A stretch of 63,033 bases of DNA, filler included, from Nitrospiraceae bacterium (GCA_037442105.1; 3 parts of 3 records of this genome joined end to end with filler, not necessarily neighbours in it), one strand, 5' to 3'. Positions 1 to 11,310 are shown, counted from the whole stretch's first letter. A program made the numbers and translations. The notes: generated by a model from the letters alone, not told the origin.

Positions 1-73
1 CGGGGCGAGAGGATTTGAACCTCCGACATCCTGCTCCCAAAGCAGGCGCGCTACCAGGCTGCGCTACGCCCCG
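1..73 (-). tRNA. tRNA-Pro(TGG), 3' end cut by window edge
   Basis: Reverse complement CGGGGCGTAGCGCAGCCTGGTAGCGC...CCTGC-TTTGGGA-GCAGG...GGTTCAAATCC...CGCCCCG; cloverleaf with TGG anticodon. Confidence 0.95.
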
Positions 74-138
74 ACATCTTTGAGGTGATGCGTAATGGGT
101 GATAAGAAGGGGCCAGATCATGTCTTATCCCGTACTTA

Positions 139-741
139 TCACTGATCACTGATCCTCACCAGGAGTTCCCGCATTTCGGCGAATGCTTTTGCACGGTGGC
201 TGATCTGATTCTTTTGGTCCGCTGTCAGTTCGGCCAAGGTCTTACGCAATTCCGGCACCCAGAACACCGGATCATACCCGAAGCCGCTGGATCCGGCCGG
301 TTGTTCGCTGATCCGTCCTTCCAGGACCCCGCGAGTCGTCTCAACACGTCCACTCGGGAACGCAATCGCAGCTATCGTGATGAAGCGCGCGCGCCGTTGG
401 CCTTGCGGCACGCCTTCCAATTCGTGTAAGAGCTTCCGCCAGTTATCCTCATAAGTCGCACCCTCCCCCGCATACCGAGCGGCTAACACGCCTGGTCGGC
501 CACCAAGAGCCTCCACCTCCAATCCCGTATCATCCGCAACGGCTGGTAATCCTGTGAACCGAGCGATCTCACGTGCCTTTTTCACCGCGTTCCCCTCGCA
601 CGTCTCTTCGTCTTCCACCACCTCTGGAGCGGCTGGAAATTCTTCGAGCGTGTGAATCTTGATGCCCATGTCTCCAAGCAATTGTGCAAGCTCTCGCCCT
701 TTGTGCGGGTTCCTCGTCGCTAAGACCAATTTTGTAATCAA
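139..741 (-). CDS. rdgB: RdgB/HAM1 non-canonical purine NTP pyrophosphatase (XTP/dITP)
   Basis: LATRNPHK, ADDTGL, GFGYDPVF and SHR motifs; follows rph as is typical. Confidence 0.93.
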   Translation of the reverse strand: MITKLVLATRNPHKGRELAQLLGDMGIKIHTLEEFPAAPEVVEDEETCEGNAVKKAREIARFTGLPAVADDTGLEVEALGGRPGVLAARYAGEGATYEDNWRKLLHELEGVPQGQRRARFITIAAIAFPSGRVETTRGVLEGRISEQPAGSSGFGYDPVFWVPELRKTLAELTADQKNQISHRAKAFAEMRELLVRISDQ

Positions 742-771
742 GCCTCCCGACTCCCTTCCAAACCGTCATCA

Positions 772-864
772 GGAGAGGGGCAGGCCTGTTTCTCGGTGCG
801 CCCGTCGCAGGAGCACCTTTCGAAGTGCGGGTTCGGGGAGCATAGAAACTGCCCTGCCCCCTCC
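772..864. repeat. REP-like structured element (inverted arms around a conserved 46-nt core), copy A
   Basis: Arms GAGAGGGGCAGGCCTGTTTCT / AGAAACTGCCCTGCCCCCTC; core 797-842 matches 25490-25535 at about 36 of 46 positions. Confidence 0.7.
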
Positions 865-866
865 CG

Positions 867-1610
867 TCATTCCAACCTACCGATCAACTCTTTCTGCAAT
901 GCCACCAGGTTCTGGATCGCAGACCATCCCATGGTCAGGAACTCGTCCATGTCCTTCTTGTCGAACGGGGTCCGTTCCGCCGTTCCCTGGACTTCGACAT
1001 ACCGTCCCATCCCAGTCATGACCAGATTGAGATCGACATCGGCGAGCGAATCCTCTTGATAGGCCAGGTCGACCAGGATTTCCCCTCCGACTTTCCCGAC
1101 GCTGATGGCGGCGAGATAGTCCGTCAGAGGCGATTTCTTGATAAGCTCTTTCTTCTTCAAGACGGCACAGGCATCAGCGAGCGCGATGAACGATCCGGTG
1201 ATGGAGGCCGTCCTGGTCCCGCCATCCGCTTGAATCACATCACAATCGATCCATACCGTCCGCTCTCCCATCAGGGTCATATCCGTCACCGCTCGAAGCG
1301 TTCGCCCGACCAGTCGCTGAATCTCCAACGTGCGCCCCCCTTGTCTCCCCTTGACAGCCTCTCGTGGAGACCGTTCATGGGTTGAACGTGGGAGCATGGC
1401 ATACTCAGCAGTGACCCATCCCTTTCCCTTATCCCTAAGAAAGGGCGGGACCTTTTCTTCCACGGAAGCCGTGCAGATGACTTTGGTGTCCCCCATCTCA
1501 ATCAAAACCGAGCCTTCTGCGTGTTTAATGAAGTTTCTCGTGACCTTAACGGGCCGGACTTGGTCTCTTCGGCGGCCATCGAAGCGAATCAAACCGATTC
1601 CCCCGCTCAT
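867..1610 (-). CDS. rph: Ribonuclease PH
   Basis: [27 protein letters not shown] and [18 protein letters not shown] motifs. Confidence 0.97.
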   Translation of the reverse strand: MSGGIGLIRFDGRRRDQVRPVKVTRNFIKHAEGSVLIEMGDTKVICTASVEEKVPPFLRDKGKGWVTAEYAMLPRSTHERSPREAVKGRQGGRTLEIQRLVGRTLRAVTDMTLMGERTVWIDCDVIQADGGTRTASITGSFIALADACAVLKKKELIKKSPLTDYLAAISVGKVGGEILVDLAYQEDSLADVDLNLVMTGMGRYVEVQGTAERTPFDKKDMDEFLTMGWSAIQNLVALQKELIGRLE

Positions 1611-1952
1611 GCGACATTCCTTTCACTCATGTTCCGGTGACGCATTATAGTGAAGGGACCTGCAAAGAGCAATGAAAGGGCGTTCGCGTGGTCCTGCTCT
1701 TGATAACCCGTGCTGAACGAACTTAACGACGAGCGATGTGTACTCTGATGTACAGGAGCAGAACGATCAGGAGACTAATTATGTACACGAACCAATCGTC
1801 GTGGAAGGAGTGGGAGGGCATGACGAAGCCTAGTCAAATCTTTCCCCAGAAGCAAGAAAGTTCCGTCTGGCAGTGGAGATTGAATCGCTTTCCATGGTGT
1901 TTCTCGGAAGACCGAATGGGATGATTTTGAAACCTGCTTATCATTCTGGATG

Positions 1953-1968
1953 TGGCATGGAAGGTGCA
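1953..1968 (+). promoter_or_regulatory. Putative sigma54 (-24/-12) promoter
   Basis: TGGCATGGAAGGTGCA: GG-N10-GC with TGGCA, about 100 bp upstream of the HD-GYP gene. Confidence 0.6.
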
Positions 1969-2071
1969 TCCGGTTTCTCAGTTCTTTCGCAGGCTTAAGC
2001 CAACAACGAATCAGCCGATAAGAGACAACAGCACGTGATCACCGCCCAGTGCCGTAGCCTCTGATCCCGCT

Positions 2072-3208
2072 ATGCCGACGCACATGACCTCGACCGACGA
2101 TCACTCCCTACTCGACAACCAACAAATTCTCGTTGTGGACGATGAAGAACCGATCCGCCGGATTTTAGGTTATCTCCTGCAAAGCCATGGCTATTCAGCT
2201 ACCCTCGCGAGTGATGCCCGCGAAGCGCGCCAATGGTTGGAGAAACAGCCCTTCGCGCTGGTCCTCTGCGACGTCAATATGCCGGGAGAGTCCGGTATGG
2301 ACTTCGTGCAACACATTCTCAGCGAATATCCCGCCACGGCTGCCATTATGGTAACGGGGTTGGACAGTCCCGTGCTGGCCAACGCGGCGCTTGACATGGG
2401 CGCCTTCGGCTATGTGATCAAACCGTTCGAGACTAACGAGGTGATGATTAACGTCGCGAATGCTCTCCGACGGCGGCGGCTGGAAATCGAGAATCGCTCG
2501 CATCGGGATAATTTGGAGGAGATCGTCCGCACCAGAACGATGGCGCTGCAACAAGCCTTGGACTGGCTGGAGCGCAGCGAGAAGGAACTTCGCCTCTCGC
2601 GAGAAGAGACCATCCAGCGCCTGGCCATTGCCGCAGAGTTCCGGGACAGCTCCACCGCACAGCACATTCAGCGCATGAGCCATTATTGCGAGTTGCTCGC
2701 CCGCCAATGTGGAATTCCCCCGGACCGCTGCGACCTCATCCGAACCGCCAGCCCGATGCACGACATCGGAAAGATCGGAACGCCCGATCATGTCCTGCTC
2801 AAGCCAGGGAAATTCACGCCAGAAGAATTCAACGTGATCGCCCAACATGCCGAAATCGGCTACCGCATCTTGAGCGGTTCGGACGCAGAGCTACTGAAAG
2901 TGGCAGCGGTGATCGCCTGGACTCACCATGAACGCTGGGATGGCAGCGGGTATCCGAGAGGCTTAAAGGGCGAGGCTATTCCGCTAGAAGGCCGCATCGC
3001 CGCAATCGCCGACGCATTCGACGCGTTGACGACGGAACGGGTCTATAAGCCAGCATTCGCACTCGATCATGCGGTAGAACTGATGCTGAAACATCGCGCC
3101 GAGCATTTCGATCCGGAGCTGCTCGACATCTTCATGACCTCGATGGACGATATCAAACGAATCTACGATCAGTACGGAGATTGCAGCGGACGCTCCGCAA
3201 GCTGCTGA
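2072..3208 (+). CDS. Response regulator with REC and HD-GYP (c-di-GMP phosphodiesterase) domains
   Basis: ILVVDDE...DVNMPG receiver; HDIGKIG and HHERWDGSGYPRGL motifs. Confidence 0.92.
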   Translation: MPTHMTSTDDHSLLDNQQILVVDDEEPIRRILGYLLQSHGYSATLASDAREARQWLEKQPFALVLCDVNMPGESGMDFVQHILSEYPATAAIMVTGLDSPVLANAALDMGAFGYVIKPFETNEVMINVANALRRRRLEIENRSHRDNLEEIVRTRTMALQQALDWLERSEKELRLSREETIQRLAIAAEFRDSSTAQHIQRMSHYCELLARQCGIPPDRCDLIRTASPMHDIGKIGTPDHVLLKPGKFTPEEFNVIAQHAEIGYRILSGSDAELLKVAAVIAWTHHERWDGSGYPRGLKGEAIPLEGRIAAIADAFDALTTERVYKPAFALDHAVELMLKHRAEHFDPELLDIFMTSMDDIKRIYDQYGDCSGRSASC

Positions 3209-3353
3209 GACGATGCCCATTCATTGACCGGCGCGTAGGTCTCCGACTATACTCACCACAGTCTCGCCGGGGCTAATAAGAAACGACCCTCCCAGCTTCT
3301 TCACCGAACAAGTACTGGGAAGTTTCATACATCATGAAGGAAAGGTTTGCGTC

Positions 3354-3839
3354 ATGAAGCGGAAATGGACCACACGTAATTGGATCGCATACCTCTGTGA
3401 AGCATTGGTGACATCCGGAGCCATGCCGGCATGGGAGGCGGCCACCTATCTCACGGAAAATCTCTTCGGCGAAAAGCCCAACCCGCGCCTTTTGGAAACG
3501 AAGAACCCCTACGAGGAGACATCCCAGTTCTTGCAACGGCTCTACCATCCGTTGGTTGAATCTGCCACACGTGACGTTGTGCTTCCAGAGTCGGCCATGA
3601 TTCACGTCTTCACCGATATCAGCCTGACCGGCAAGTCAGCGGTGCTGGTCGTTTATTTCCCTGGTAACAATCAACCCCATCAGCTTCTCATGCTGGATGC
3701 TGCCAAGGCTTGGGACTTGGTTTTCCCCGACGCGGAGACCTTCAACGCCTGGGCGGAAGAGCGCCATCGTTGGATCGTGGGAGCCCTCAAGACGGCCATC
3801 GCCAAAGTCCCAGCCGAATCGTTCATCGAAGTGTCCTAA
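3354..3839 (+). CDS. Hypothetical protein
   Basis: 161-aa ORF with ATG after an AAGG-rich leader; fills the gap to metH; no recognisable motif. Confidence 0.6.
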   Translation: MKRKWTTRNWIAYLCEALVTSGAMPAWEAATYLTENLFGEKPNPRLLETKNPYEETSQFLQRLYHPLVESATRDVVLPESAMIHVFTDISLTGKSAVLVVYFPGNNQPHQLLMLDAAKAWDLVFPDAETFNAWAEERHRWIVGALKTAIAKVPAESFIEVS

Positions 3840-3861
3840 TCTCAACTCTCTTCCCGGCCCT

Positions 3862-6800
3862 CTACATCGAGCCTGGATCGTAATTCAGATTCGGTGCGAG
3901 CCAGCGTTCGACCGCAGCGATATCCATTTCCTTTCGGCGCGCGTAGTTTTCCACCTGATCGCGGCCGATCTTGCCGACGGCAAAGTACCTGGCTTCGGGG
4001 TGGGCGAAGTAGAGTCCACTGACAGAGGCGGCTGGGAGCATGGCAAAGGTCTCGGTGAGAGAGATGCCTGCCCGCTCTTCGACGTGCAGCAGATCGAACA
4101 AAATCCGCTTTTCCGTGTGATCCGGACAGGCCGGATAGCCAGGAGCAGGGCGGATGCCGCGATATCGTTCGCGAATCAAGTCTTCATTGGTCAGTTGCTC
4201 CGCTTTTCCATAACCCCATTCCTCGCGGGCTTTCTTGTGCAGCCATTCGGCGAAGGCTTCGGCCAAACGGTCCGCCAGGGCTTTGGCCATGATGGAGTTG
4301 TAGTCGTCATGGTCCCGGTCGAATTGCCGGCAGAGTTCGTCGAGGCCGATCCCCGCGGTGACCGCAAAGGCTCCAAGGTGATCCTCTCGACGGGAGTCTT
4401 TGGGCGCGACATAGTCCGCGAGTGCCAGATTGTGCTGGCCTTCCGGCTTCTGCATCTGCTGCCGCAACGTATGCACCGTCGTCAGAACCGTCGCGCGTGA
4501 CTCGTCCACATAGAGTTCGATGTCGTCGCCGACGCTGTTGGCCGGGAAAAACCCATAAACGCCACGTGCCGTCAAGAGTTGCCGCTCGATGATCCCATCG
4601 AAGAGACGGTTCGCATCCTCAAACAATTCCTTAGCTCTGACACCTACCGCTGGGTCTTGGAAGATAGCCGGATAGCGCCCGCGCAACTCCCATGTGATGA
4701 AAAACGGGGTCCAGTCAATGAACGGCCTGAGCTGTTCGAGCGGCACCCGCTCCAAGACCCGAACGCCCGTGAAACTCGGTGTGGGAATGTCCGCCGCCGC
4801 CCAATCGGGCTTGAAGCGATGCGAGCGAGCCTCTGCCAAGGACCGCAAGGTCTTCGCCCCTTTCTCGCGATGTGCCTGTCTGATCTGTTCCTGATCTCTT
4901 CTGGTTTGCTCGACGAAGCCCGACCGTTGGTCGGCGCTGATCAAACTTCCGACCACTCCCACCGCGCGGGACGCATCCAGCACATGGACCACCGGTTCGT
5001 GATAGGCCGGTGCGATCTTCACCGCCGTGTGGGCCTTGCTCGTCGTCGCCCCTCCGATCAAGAGCGGCACCCGGAATTCTTCCCTCCCCATCTCCCTCGC
5101 AACATGAACCATCTCGTCGAGCGACGGCGTGATTAGGCCGCTCAGGCCGATGAGGTCTACTTTCTGTTCTCGGGCCGTCGCAAGAATCTTCTCGCAGGAG
5201 ACCATGACGCCCAGGTCGATGACCTCGTAATTGTTGCAGCCGAGCACGACGCCGACGATGTTCTTACCGATGTCGTGCACATCTCCCTTCACGGTTGCCA
5301 GCAGAATCTTGCCGTTCGTCCGACGACCGCCCGACCGCCGCTTCTCCTCCTCCATAAATGGAAGCAGGTAGGCCACCGCCTTCTTCATGACGCGGGCACT
5401 CTTGACGACCTGAGGAAGGAACATCTTGCCGGACCCGAAGAGGTCGCCCACGACATTCATGCCGGCCATGAGCGGGCCTTCAATAATATCCAGCGGCTTC
5501 GGATACTTCCGGCGGGCTTCCTCTACATCCTGCTCGATGTAGTCTGTGATTCCCTTTACGAGCGCGTGGGACAGTCGTTCTTCCACTGAGCCGCATCGCC
5601 ACTCATCGTCTTTGACCGCCACCTTGCCTTTGTGTCTGACCGTCTCGGCAAAGGCGACCAGACGTTCCGTGGCGTCCGGACGACGATTAAGGAGAACATC
5701 TTCGACCAGCTCAAGGAGATCCTTGGGAATCTCTTCGTATACCGCTAATTGGCCGGCATTGACGATCCCCATGTCCAAGCCCGCCGTGATGGCGTGATAG
5801 AGAAACGCGGCGTGCATCGCTTCCCGCACCACATTGTTGCCGCGGAACGAGAACGAGATATTGCTCACGCCGCCGCTGACCTTCGCCAAGGGCAAATTCT
5901 TTTTGATCCACCGCGTGGCCTCAATGAAGTTCACCGCATAATTATTGTGTTCCTCAATCCCCGTCGCCACGGTCAGGATGTTCGGATCGAACACAATGTC
6001 TTGCGGCGGGAAGCCAACCTGCTCCGTCAGAACCTTGTAAGAACGGGCGCAAATCTCGATCTTCCGCTCCAACGTATCCGCCTGGCCACGCTCGTCGAAG
6101 GCCATCACGACCACGGCGGCACCGTAACGACGAACCAACTTGGCCTGCTCGACGAACTTCCTCTCTCCTTCCTTGAGGCTGATCGAGTTGACGATGCCTT
6201 TGCCTTGCAGACATTTCAGTCCCGTCTCGATCACCTCCCACTTGGAGCTATCGATCATGATCGGGACCCGCGCGATGTCCGGTTCAGCGGCCACCAAACG
6301 AAGAAATTTCTCCATGGCGGCTTTAGAGTCCAGCATACTCTCATCCATGTTGATGTCGATGATCTGCGCGCCGCCCTCTACTTGTTGCCGCGCAACCGAC
6401 AAAGCTGCGTCATAATCACCGGCCAAGATGAGTTTCGCGAATGCTGGCGACCCGGTCACGTTCGTCCGCTCGCCGATGTTGACGAAGTTGGACTCCGGCC
6501 GGATCGTGACCGCTTCCAATCCACTCAGGCGTGTACACGGCTCAACGGACGGGCGTGTCCGTGGCTCAAGACCTCTGACTGCCTGTGCAATTGCGCGAAT
6601 ATGGCTCGGCGTCGTCCCGCAGCAGCCACCCACGATGTTGAGCCAACCGTTCGCCGAGAAGTCCTTGAGGTCCGTCGCCATAATCTCCGGCGTTTCATCG
6701 AATCCACCGAACGCATTCGGCAACCCGGCGTTGGGATAGCAACTGATATACACCGGTGCCACCTCCGCCAGCTCCGCGATGTAAGGGCGCATCTGCTTTG

Positions 6801-7539
6801 CTCCCAGCGCGCAGTTGATCCCAACGCTCAGCAGAGGCATATGCGAGATGCTGTTCCAGAAGGCTTCCACCGTCTGGCCCGAGAGCGTGCGGCCGCTCCG
6901 GTCCGTGATGGTAACGGAAACCATGATGGGGAGGCGCATGCCGATCCGTTCGAAATACCGGTCAACGGCAAAGAGCGCCGCCTTGACGTTCAGCGTATCG
7001 AACACGGTTTCCAGGAGGAGCACATCCACTCCGCCATCCACGAGGCCTTTGACTTGTTCCGTGTATGCCTCGACAAGCTGATCGAACGTGACGGCGCGAA
7101 AGGCCGGATTGTTGACGTCCGGTGACATGGAGGCAGTCCGGTTCGTAGGACCGAGCGCGCCGGCCACAAACCGGGGCCGCGACGGATCCTTCACCATGAC
7201 CTGCTCCACCGCCCTCCGTGCCGCTTGCGCGCCGGCGAGGTTCAAGTCATACACCCAAGGTTCAAGCTTGTAATCGGCCATCGAGATGGAGGTGGAGTTG
7301 AACGTATTGGTCTCGATGATGTCCGCGCCCGCTTCGAGATACTGTGTGTGAATGCTCGCGATCAAGTCCGGCTGGGTGAGGCAAAGCAGATCATTACACC
7401 CCTTAAGGTCGCGCGAATGATCGGCAAACCGGCGACCTCGAAATGCGGCCTCATCGAGCTGATGGGTTTGGATCATGGTCCCCATCGCACCATCGAGGAT
7501 GAGAATACGTTCCTGCAGCAGTCGTTCGATCACCGTCAC
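3862..7539 (-). CDS. metH: B12-dependent methionine synthase
   Basis: [38 protein letters not shown] (cobalamin His) and [12 protein letters not shown]; 1225 aa. Confidence 0.98.
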   Translation of the reverse strand: MTVIERLLQERILILDGAMGTMIQTHQLDEAAFRGRRFADHSRDLKGCNDLLCLTQPDLIASIHTQYLEAGADIIETNTFNSTSISMADYKLEPWVYDLNLAGAQAARRAVEQVMVKDPSRPRFVAGALGPTNRTASMSPDVNNPAFRAVTFDQLVEAYTEQVKGLVDGGVDVLLLETVFDTLNVKAALFAVDRYFERIGMRLPIMVSVTITDRSGRTLSGQTVEAFWNSISHMPLLSVGINCALGAKQMRPYIAELAEVAPVYISCYPNAGLPNAFGGFDETPEIMATDLKDFSANGWLNIVGGCCGTTPSHIRAIAQAVRGLEPRTRPSVEPCTRLSGLEAVTIRPESNFVNIGERTNVTGSPAFAKLILAGDYDAALSVARQQVEGGAQIIDINMDESMLDSKAAMEKFLRLVAAEPDIARVPIMIDSSKWEVIETGLKCLQGKGIVNSISLKEGERKFVEQAKLVRRYGAAVVVMAFDERGQADTLERKIEICARSYKVLTEQVGFPPQDIVFDPNILTVATGIEEHNNYAVNFIEATRWIKKNLPLAKVSGGVSNISFSFRGNNVVREAMHAAFLYHAITAGLDMGIVNAGQLAVYEEIPKDLLELVEDVLLNRRPDATERLVAFAETVRHKGKVAVKDDEWRCGSVEERLSHALVKGITDYIEQDVEEARRKYPKPLDIIEGPLMAGMNVVGDLFGSGKMFLPQVVKSARVMKKAVAYLLPFMEEEKRRSGGRRTNGKILLATVKGDVHDIGKNIVGVVLGCNNYEVIDLGVMVSCEKILATAREQKVDLIGLSGLITPSLDEMVHVAREMGREEFRVPLLIGGATTSKAHTAVKIAPAYHEPVVHVLDASRAVGVVGSLISADQRSGFVEQTRRDQEQIRQAHREKGAKTLRSLAEARSHRFKPDWAAADIPTPSFTGVRVLERVPLEQLRPFIDWTPFFITWELRGRYPAIFQDPAVGVRAKELFEDANRLFDGIIERQLLTARGVYGFFPANSVGDDIELYVDESRATVLTTVHTLRQQMQKPEGQHNLALADYVAPKDSRREDHLGAFAVTAGIGLDELCRQFDRDHDDYNSIMAKALADRLAEAFAEWLHKKAREEWGYGKAEQLTNEDLIRERYRGIRPAPGYPACPDHTEKRILFDLLHVEERAGISLTETFAMLPAASVSGLYFAHPEARYFAVGKIGRDQVENYARRKEMDIAAVERWLAPNLNYDPGSM

Positions 7540-7625
7540 AGATTCACCATAAATTGATCACGTGGTCACGCGCGCCGTCATCATACTGGAAGGTCTCTTG
7601 ACCGGCAAGCAACTCGGCGCGTTGC

Positions 7626-7654
7626 TTGACAAGGTGGGACCCGACCGATAGGAT
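7626..7654 (+). promoter_or_regulatory. Putative sigma70 promoter
   Basis: TTGACA-17 nt-TAGGAT upstream of the following CDS. Confidence 0.55.
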
Positions 7655-7679
7655 CACATTGACGAATTGGAGAGTAGCA

Positions 7680-8474
7680 TTGCTGTCTCAAACTGCAGAG
7701 CTTCTGTCGTGCCGCCGAGTTTGGCTCTTATGTTTGTGTACCGGCCTCCTTATCTCGCTTTCCCTTCCCGCGTGGTCCGCTCCCTATTTTGAAGACGGAT
7801 ATCTCGGGCTTCGGCAATCCGAGCTGCACGAGAAACTCGGGCTTCCCCAAGCCGTGCGGGATAGGAAGTCAGCCCTCCGCGTCTTCACCTACTATTCGAT
7901 TACCGATTGGGAAAAGTACTTCAAGAAACTGGTCAACCCTCAGAATGGCGAGGATGTCTACTCCTTCAAACGCGATGGAGTAGACGTGCGCTACTCGTTC
8001 AGTTACACCTTTGATCCCAATGACCAGGACGAGAATCCCACTCTCTACGTCCGTCTGGTGGATATTGAATTTTCCCCTGCCGTGCCGATTGCGAAGGTCC
8101 CCTCGCTGGTTCCTGAATTTCAGCCGGCGGCGGATCCGGCTGCCCCGACCTTTCGCTCGAACATCTGGCTATTGGTCTTCAAAGGTAACGCCTCGGCTGA
8201 TGCGCGTTTCATCGTGCGGGAGAAGGGCAAGGAAAACCTTGACTGGTCGCTCGCCTATCAAATGTTCTCGCTCCAGGGGTTGCCCGACCCCCTGACGACC
8301 AAGGCACTGGTTGATCGCCTGGAAATCGGCACGCAGAGCCTACAACTTGTGAGGCAGCGTCTGCGGAACACGCACGACCCCATTATGAATCCGTTCTCGA
8401 AAGAGTTTGCACAGCAGGCCCCCCTCCCACCCCCGGCGGCCAAAAAAATTCCCATGCCCAAATACGCCGACTAG
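7680..8474 (+). CDS. Exported hypothetical protein
   Basis: ORF with signal-peptide-like N-terminus; start placed at TTG 7680 after GGAGAG because the ORF-track start coincides with the -35 box. Confidence 0.7.
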   Translation: MLSQTAELLSCRRVWLLCLCTGLLISLSLPAWSAPYFEDGYLGLRQSELHEKLGLPQAVRDRKSALRVFTYYSITDWEKYFKKLVNPQNGEDVYSFKRDGVDVRYSFSYTFDPNDQDENPTLYVRLVDIEFSPAVPIAKVPSLVPEFQPAADPAAPTFRSNIWLLVFKGNASADARFIVREKGKENLDWSLAYQMFSLQGLPDPLTTKALVDRLEIGTQSLQLVRQRLRNTHDPIMNPFSKEFAQQAPLPPPAAKKIPMPKYAD

Positions 8475-8483
8475 CTCCGCTCC

Positions 8484-8846
8484 TCACGGCACATCGTCGT
8501 ATCTGAGATCGGACGCATCTGCCAGTAAGAGATAGGGCTCGCCCCATTGGTTGGCGCTGGCTAGATCCCACTCTTCCTCTACCCTAACCGATTTGAGCCG
8601 GATGCCGTAAAGCCCTCCGAACACAAGATAGGCCAGGCCGGCGCCTGAATCCTCAACCCGCTGGGCGAATGCTGCGCCACGTGGATGCGTCGGATGATCA
8701 GTCCAGCCGCACACCCAACACCACTCTCCTTGAGATGTCCGATCATAGATGCGGATCTGGCTGACCGGTCGCGCGGGCTCTATTTCTTTGAAACGGACGA
8801 AGACGCTCGCCTCACAATTATCGTTACTCTCGACTTCGAGCACCAT
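8484..8846 (-). CDS. Hypothetical protein
   Basis: 120-aa ORF, ATG preceded by GGAG, protein-like composition. Confidence 0.65.
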   Translation of the reverse strand: MVLEVESNDNCEASVFVRFKEIEPARPVSQIRIYDRTSQGEWCWVCGWTDHPTHPRGAAFAQRVEDSGAGLAYLVFGGLYGIRLKSVRVEEEWDLASANQWGEPYLLLADASDLRYDDVP

Positions 8847-8931
8847 GTGGCCCGCTCCCTTGACTCCCCCCTACCCCATTGTTAGCATGCGCCACGGAGA
8901 CGACACGCCGTCCGCGCTCATGGTTATTTCG

Positions 8932-9393
8932 ATGACAGAGCCGACTACCGACAGCCGATCAACACCGGCCGACACCGCGCAAGATGAACCGGTATCGTTT
9001 ATCCGCCACCGGCCGGTCCGGATCGTGATCTACACCGTTCTCGGGCTCTTCGTTCTCGCGATGTTCGCCGCGCGCTTTATCCCGCCGCTGCTCGATCCGA
9101 CCTTTGAAAAACACATCCAAGAACACCGGGTCATGGTCGGTATGACGCGCGAACAGGTGCTTGAAGCCTGGGGTTCGCCCAACACCATGAACGTCACGCA
9201 CACTAAAGAGGGTCTTCGCCGGGAAGAATGGATTTTCGAAGATTGGGAAAGCACCGCCGTAGTGAAACACCGCTACCTCTACTTCGAGGAAGGCAAGCTC
9301 ATTGGCGGCTGGTTCAAAGGTTCGGACGTGCGCATTCCGACAAAACCTCCCGCCGGGATGGCCAATCCCCACCGCTCGACTGTTCCTAAGTAG
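8932..9393 (+). CDS. Membrane-anchored hypothetical protein with a BamE/SmpA-like motif
   Basis: TM helix then GMTREQVLEAWGSP...EEWIF; TTGACT-17-TAGCAT promoter at 8860-8888 argues for the later start. Confidence 0.65.
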   Translation: MTEPTTDSRSTPADTAQDEPVSFIRHRPVRIVIYTVLGLFVLAMFAARFIPPLLDPTFEKHIQEHRVMVGMTREQVLEAWGSPNTMNVTHTKEGLRREEWIFEDWESTAVVKHRYLYFEEGKLIGGWFKGSDVRIPTKPPAGMANPHRSTVPK

Positions 9394-9616
9394 GCGGCGC
9401 TTCGCGGATCTCCAGGCGAAGGCGCCTGAGCAGCGTTTCCGCGCGGACTAACTGAGAGTCATCGACCAGAATGCGACAGCCTAGGAACGGGATGCCCGGA
9501 TACAGGCTGCCGACATGCTCATGATGGACGACATAGGGAATGCCGCTGCCCTCCAGCAAGCTCTTGATCATCGCCAACTCGCCCATGTCGTTCGGTTCGA
9601 CCAGTTTCTGTAGCAT
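9386..9616 (-). CDS. Small DUF2007-like (PII-like fold) protein
   Basis: IKSLLEGSGIPY...ILVDDSQLVRAETLL pattern; 76 aa. Confidence 0.7.
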   Translation of the reverse strand: MLQKLVEPNDMGELAMIKSLLEGSGIPYVVHHEHVGSLYPGIPFLGCRILVDDSQLVRAETLLRRLRLEIREAPPT

Positions 9617-9622
9617 CAGCGT

Positions 9623-10075
9623 CTAGTGTTGCACGCTTGGGCGTGCGATCTGCCTATCCAATTCAACATAAAATGCCCGAATGTTTCTGGCATTCTGTCC
9701 GAAATCGCTACGCCCGATCCGGGACGACGAACGCACCGATACAACGCTGCCTCCTTGCTCTTCCAACACGTGGATCACCACGTCATCGACGAACCGGAGC
9801 ACCAGAGTCGTCGCCTCAGCCTGAATCTCTCCCGTCGCAGCCTGGTAGGAGACCAATGCCCATCGAGGCATTCGGTTCACCGTGTGCAAGGCTGCATCGA
9901 ACACCTGGGCGCGGCCTACCGAATACCACCTCGGTTGGACATCAGGATATTCAGGCGTTTTTCCCGTTTCCACCACATTGATGATCGGCCAGGACTTCAG
10001 CAAGATAATATACACCACGATGAGGAGTCCGAGTGCCGCCCAGATCACTGGTCGTCGCGTCCTTGCCGGTCGCAT
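9623..10075 (-). CDS. DUF1499 family protein
   Basis: FVDDVVI...VRSSSRIGRSDFGQNARNIRAF signature; start uncertain. Confidence 0.8.
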   Translation of the reverse strand: MRPARTRRPVIWAALGLLIVVYIILLKSWPIINVVETGKTPEYPDVQPRWYSVGRAQVFDAALHTVNRMPRWALVSYQAATGEIQAEATTLVLRFVDDVVIHVLEEQGGSVVSVRSSSRIGRSDFGQNARNIRAFYVELDRQIARPSVQH

Positions 10076-10216
10076 CCGTTCCACCGTCTTGACGAATCGA
10101 ACGCCTGGCTGAACGACCGGGGCGCTAAACCCGCACGATTCGTTGCATTTTTCCAGATCGCCCCCTACACTGACTCGTGTACGTGCTCGATGCGCAAGAC
10201 CACGACACAATATCCG

Positions 10217-10507
10217 TCAGGGAGTTTCGGTGATCTGCACGCGGCGGTCTTTCCCTTCTCCGCCGGAAACGGTCAGCACTCGCTTCCACTCGCGCACCTG
10301 ATAGATGGCCCAGGCGTATGGCTGGCCTTTGAAAAAAGCGTCCGGATCTTCGCCGCTGGCATTCAGATAAATCGGCTCGGTGAACCCTTCATCGAGCACA
10401 TAGTCGAGCAAACACTCGGTGGTGAACCCCTGGCCGCGTAGGGACACTTCGGCCAGCAGATTGAGAATGTCGTCGGGCTTTTGAAGCGTCACGGGATTCA
10501 TCCGCAC
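10217..10507 (-). CDS. Hypothetical protein
   Basis: 96-aa ORF with protein-like composition, collinear with downstream minus-strand genes. Confidence 0.65.
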   Translation of the reverse strand: MRMNPVTLQKPDDILNLLAEVSLRGQGFTTECLLDYVLDEGFTEPIYLNASGEDPDAFFKGQPYAWAIYQVREWKRVLTVSGGEGKDRRVQITETP

Positions 10508-10557
10508 GGCTCTCGGGCGTTCAGATTCTAACGATCGAAGAACGGAGAACGCAAGGT

Positions 10558-11310
10558 ATGAAGCAACGGGTATTGACGGCAGCGCGGTTTCGCGAGCGAT
10601 TGTTCGCCATCATGGATCAGAAACACCATTGGTCCTGGCCAACCTTCACCGGTAAGCAGATCACCAAAGAGCAGCTCAAGACACACTTCCAGCAAGAGTA
10701 CGCCGTCTACGTCCGCGACTTCCCCGTGTTGCTCGCCCGCGTTCACGGGCAGAACCCTCCCACAGGAGTTCGCCGGATGCTGGCCGGCAACATTTATGAA
10801 GAAGACACCGGGGGGCTCTCGTTGGGCAAGTCACACCCCGAATTATTTCTCACCATGATGCAGGGACTCGGCTATCACGAGGCAGACTTCGACCACGTCA
10901 CGCTGTTGCCTGCCGCCCGCGTCTTTCGCCGGTGGCTCGATCGGATGACGGCTCATCGCGACTGGGCTGTGGGTGCCGCCGTTATGACGGTCTTCGTCGA
11001 AGGAAGCATCAAAGATCGCCAGGAGATTCTGAATCCGTCCAAACCCAAAACCCCTGAAGAGATCGAAGAGTATGTACGGCGCCATCCGCTTGTGCAACAT
11101 CAGGGGCTCTCTCCGGATTGCATGGACTTGATTCGTTCCCACCAGATGGTCGAGGCTGGACACCGCCACGACGCTTATGCCATGGTCGTCAACTATGTAA
11201 CCGACCGCCGCCGACAGGAGTCCATCCTCTCGTGTCTCAAGAGCACCCTCCGGCTTTGGCTCCGCTACCGCGACGCCGTCGCACGCGCCTGCGGTTTCAA
11301 AAAACGCTAG
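10558..11310 (+). CDS. PqqC/TenA/CADD-like (heme-oxygenase-like fold) iron-containing redox protein
   Basis: NIYEE..SHPELF, later E and EAGH motifs resemble HO-like diiron ligand spacing. Confidence 0.7.
   Translation: MKQRVLTAARFRERLFAIMDQKHHWSWPTFTGKQITKEQLKTHFQQEYAVYVRDFPVLLARVHGQNPPTGVRRMLAGNIYEEDTGGLSLGKSHPELFLTMMQGLGYHEADFDHVTLLPAARVFRRWLDRMTAHRDWAVGAAVMTVFVEGSIKDRQEILNPSKPKTPEEIEEYVRRHPLVQHQGLSPDCMDLIRSHQMVEAGHRHDAYAMVVNYVTDRRRQESILSCLKSTLRLWLRYRDAVARACGFKKR

Noticed and set aside
5749..7125. 458-aa ORF opposite metH (similar cases at 40512-41891 and 52182-53399)
   Set aside because: Antisense to well-conserved genes; typical GC-rich shadow ORFs
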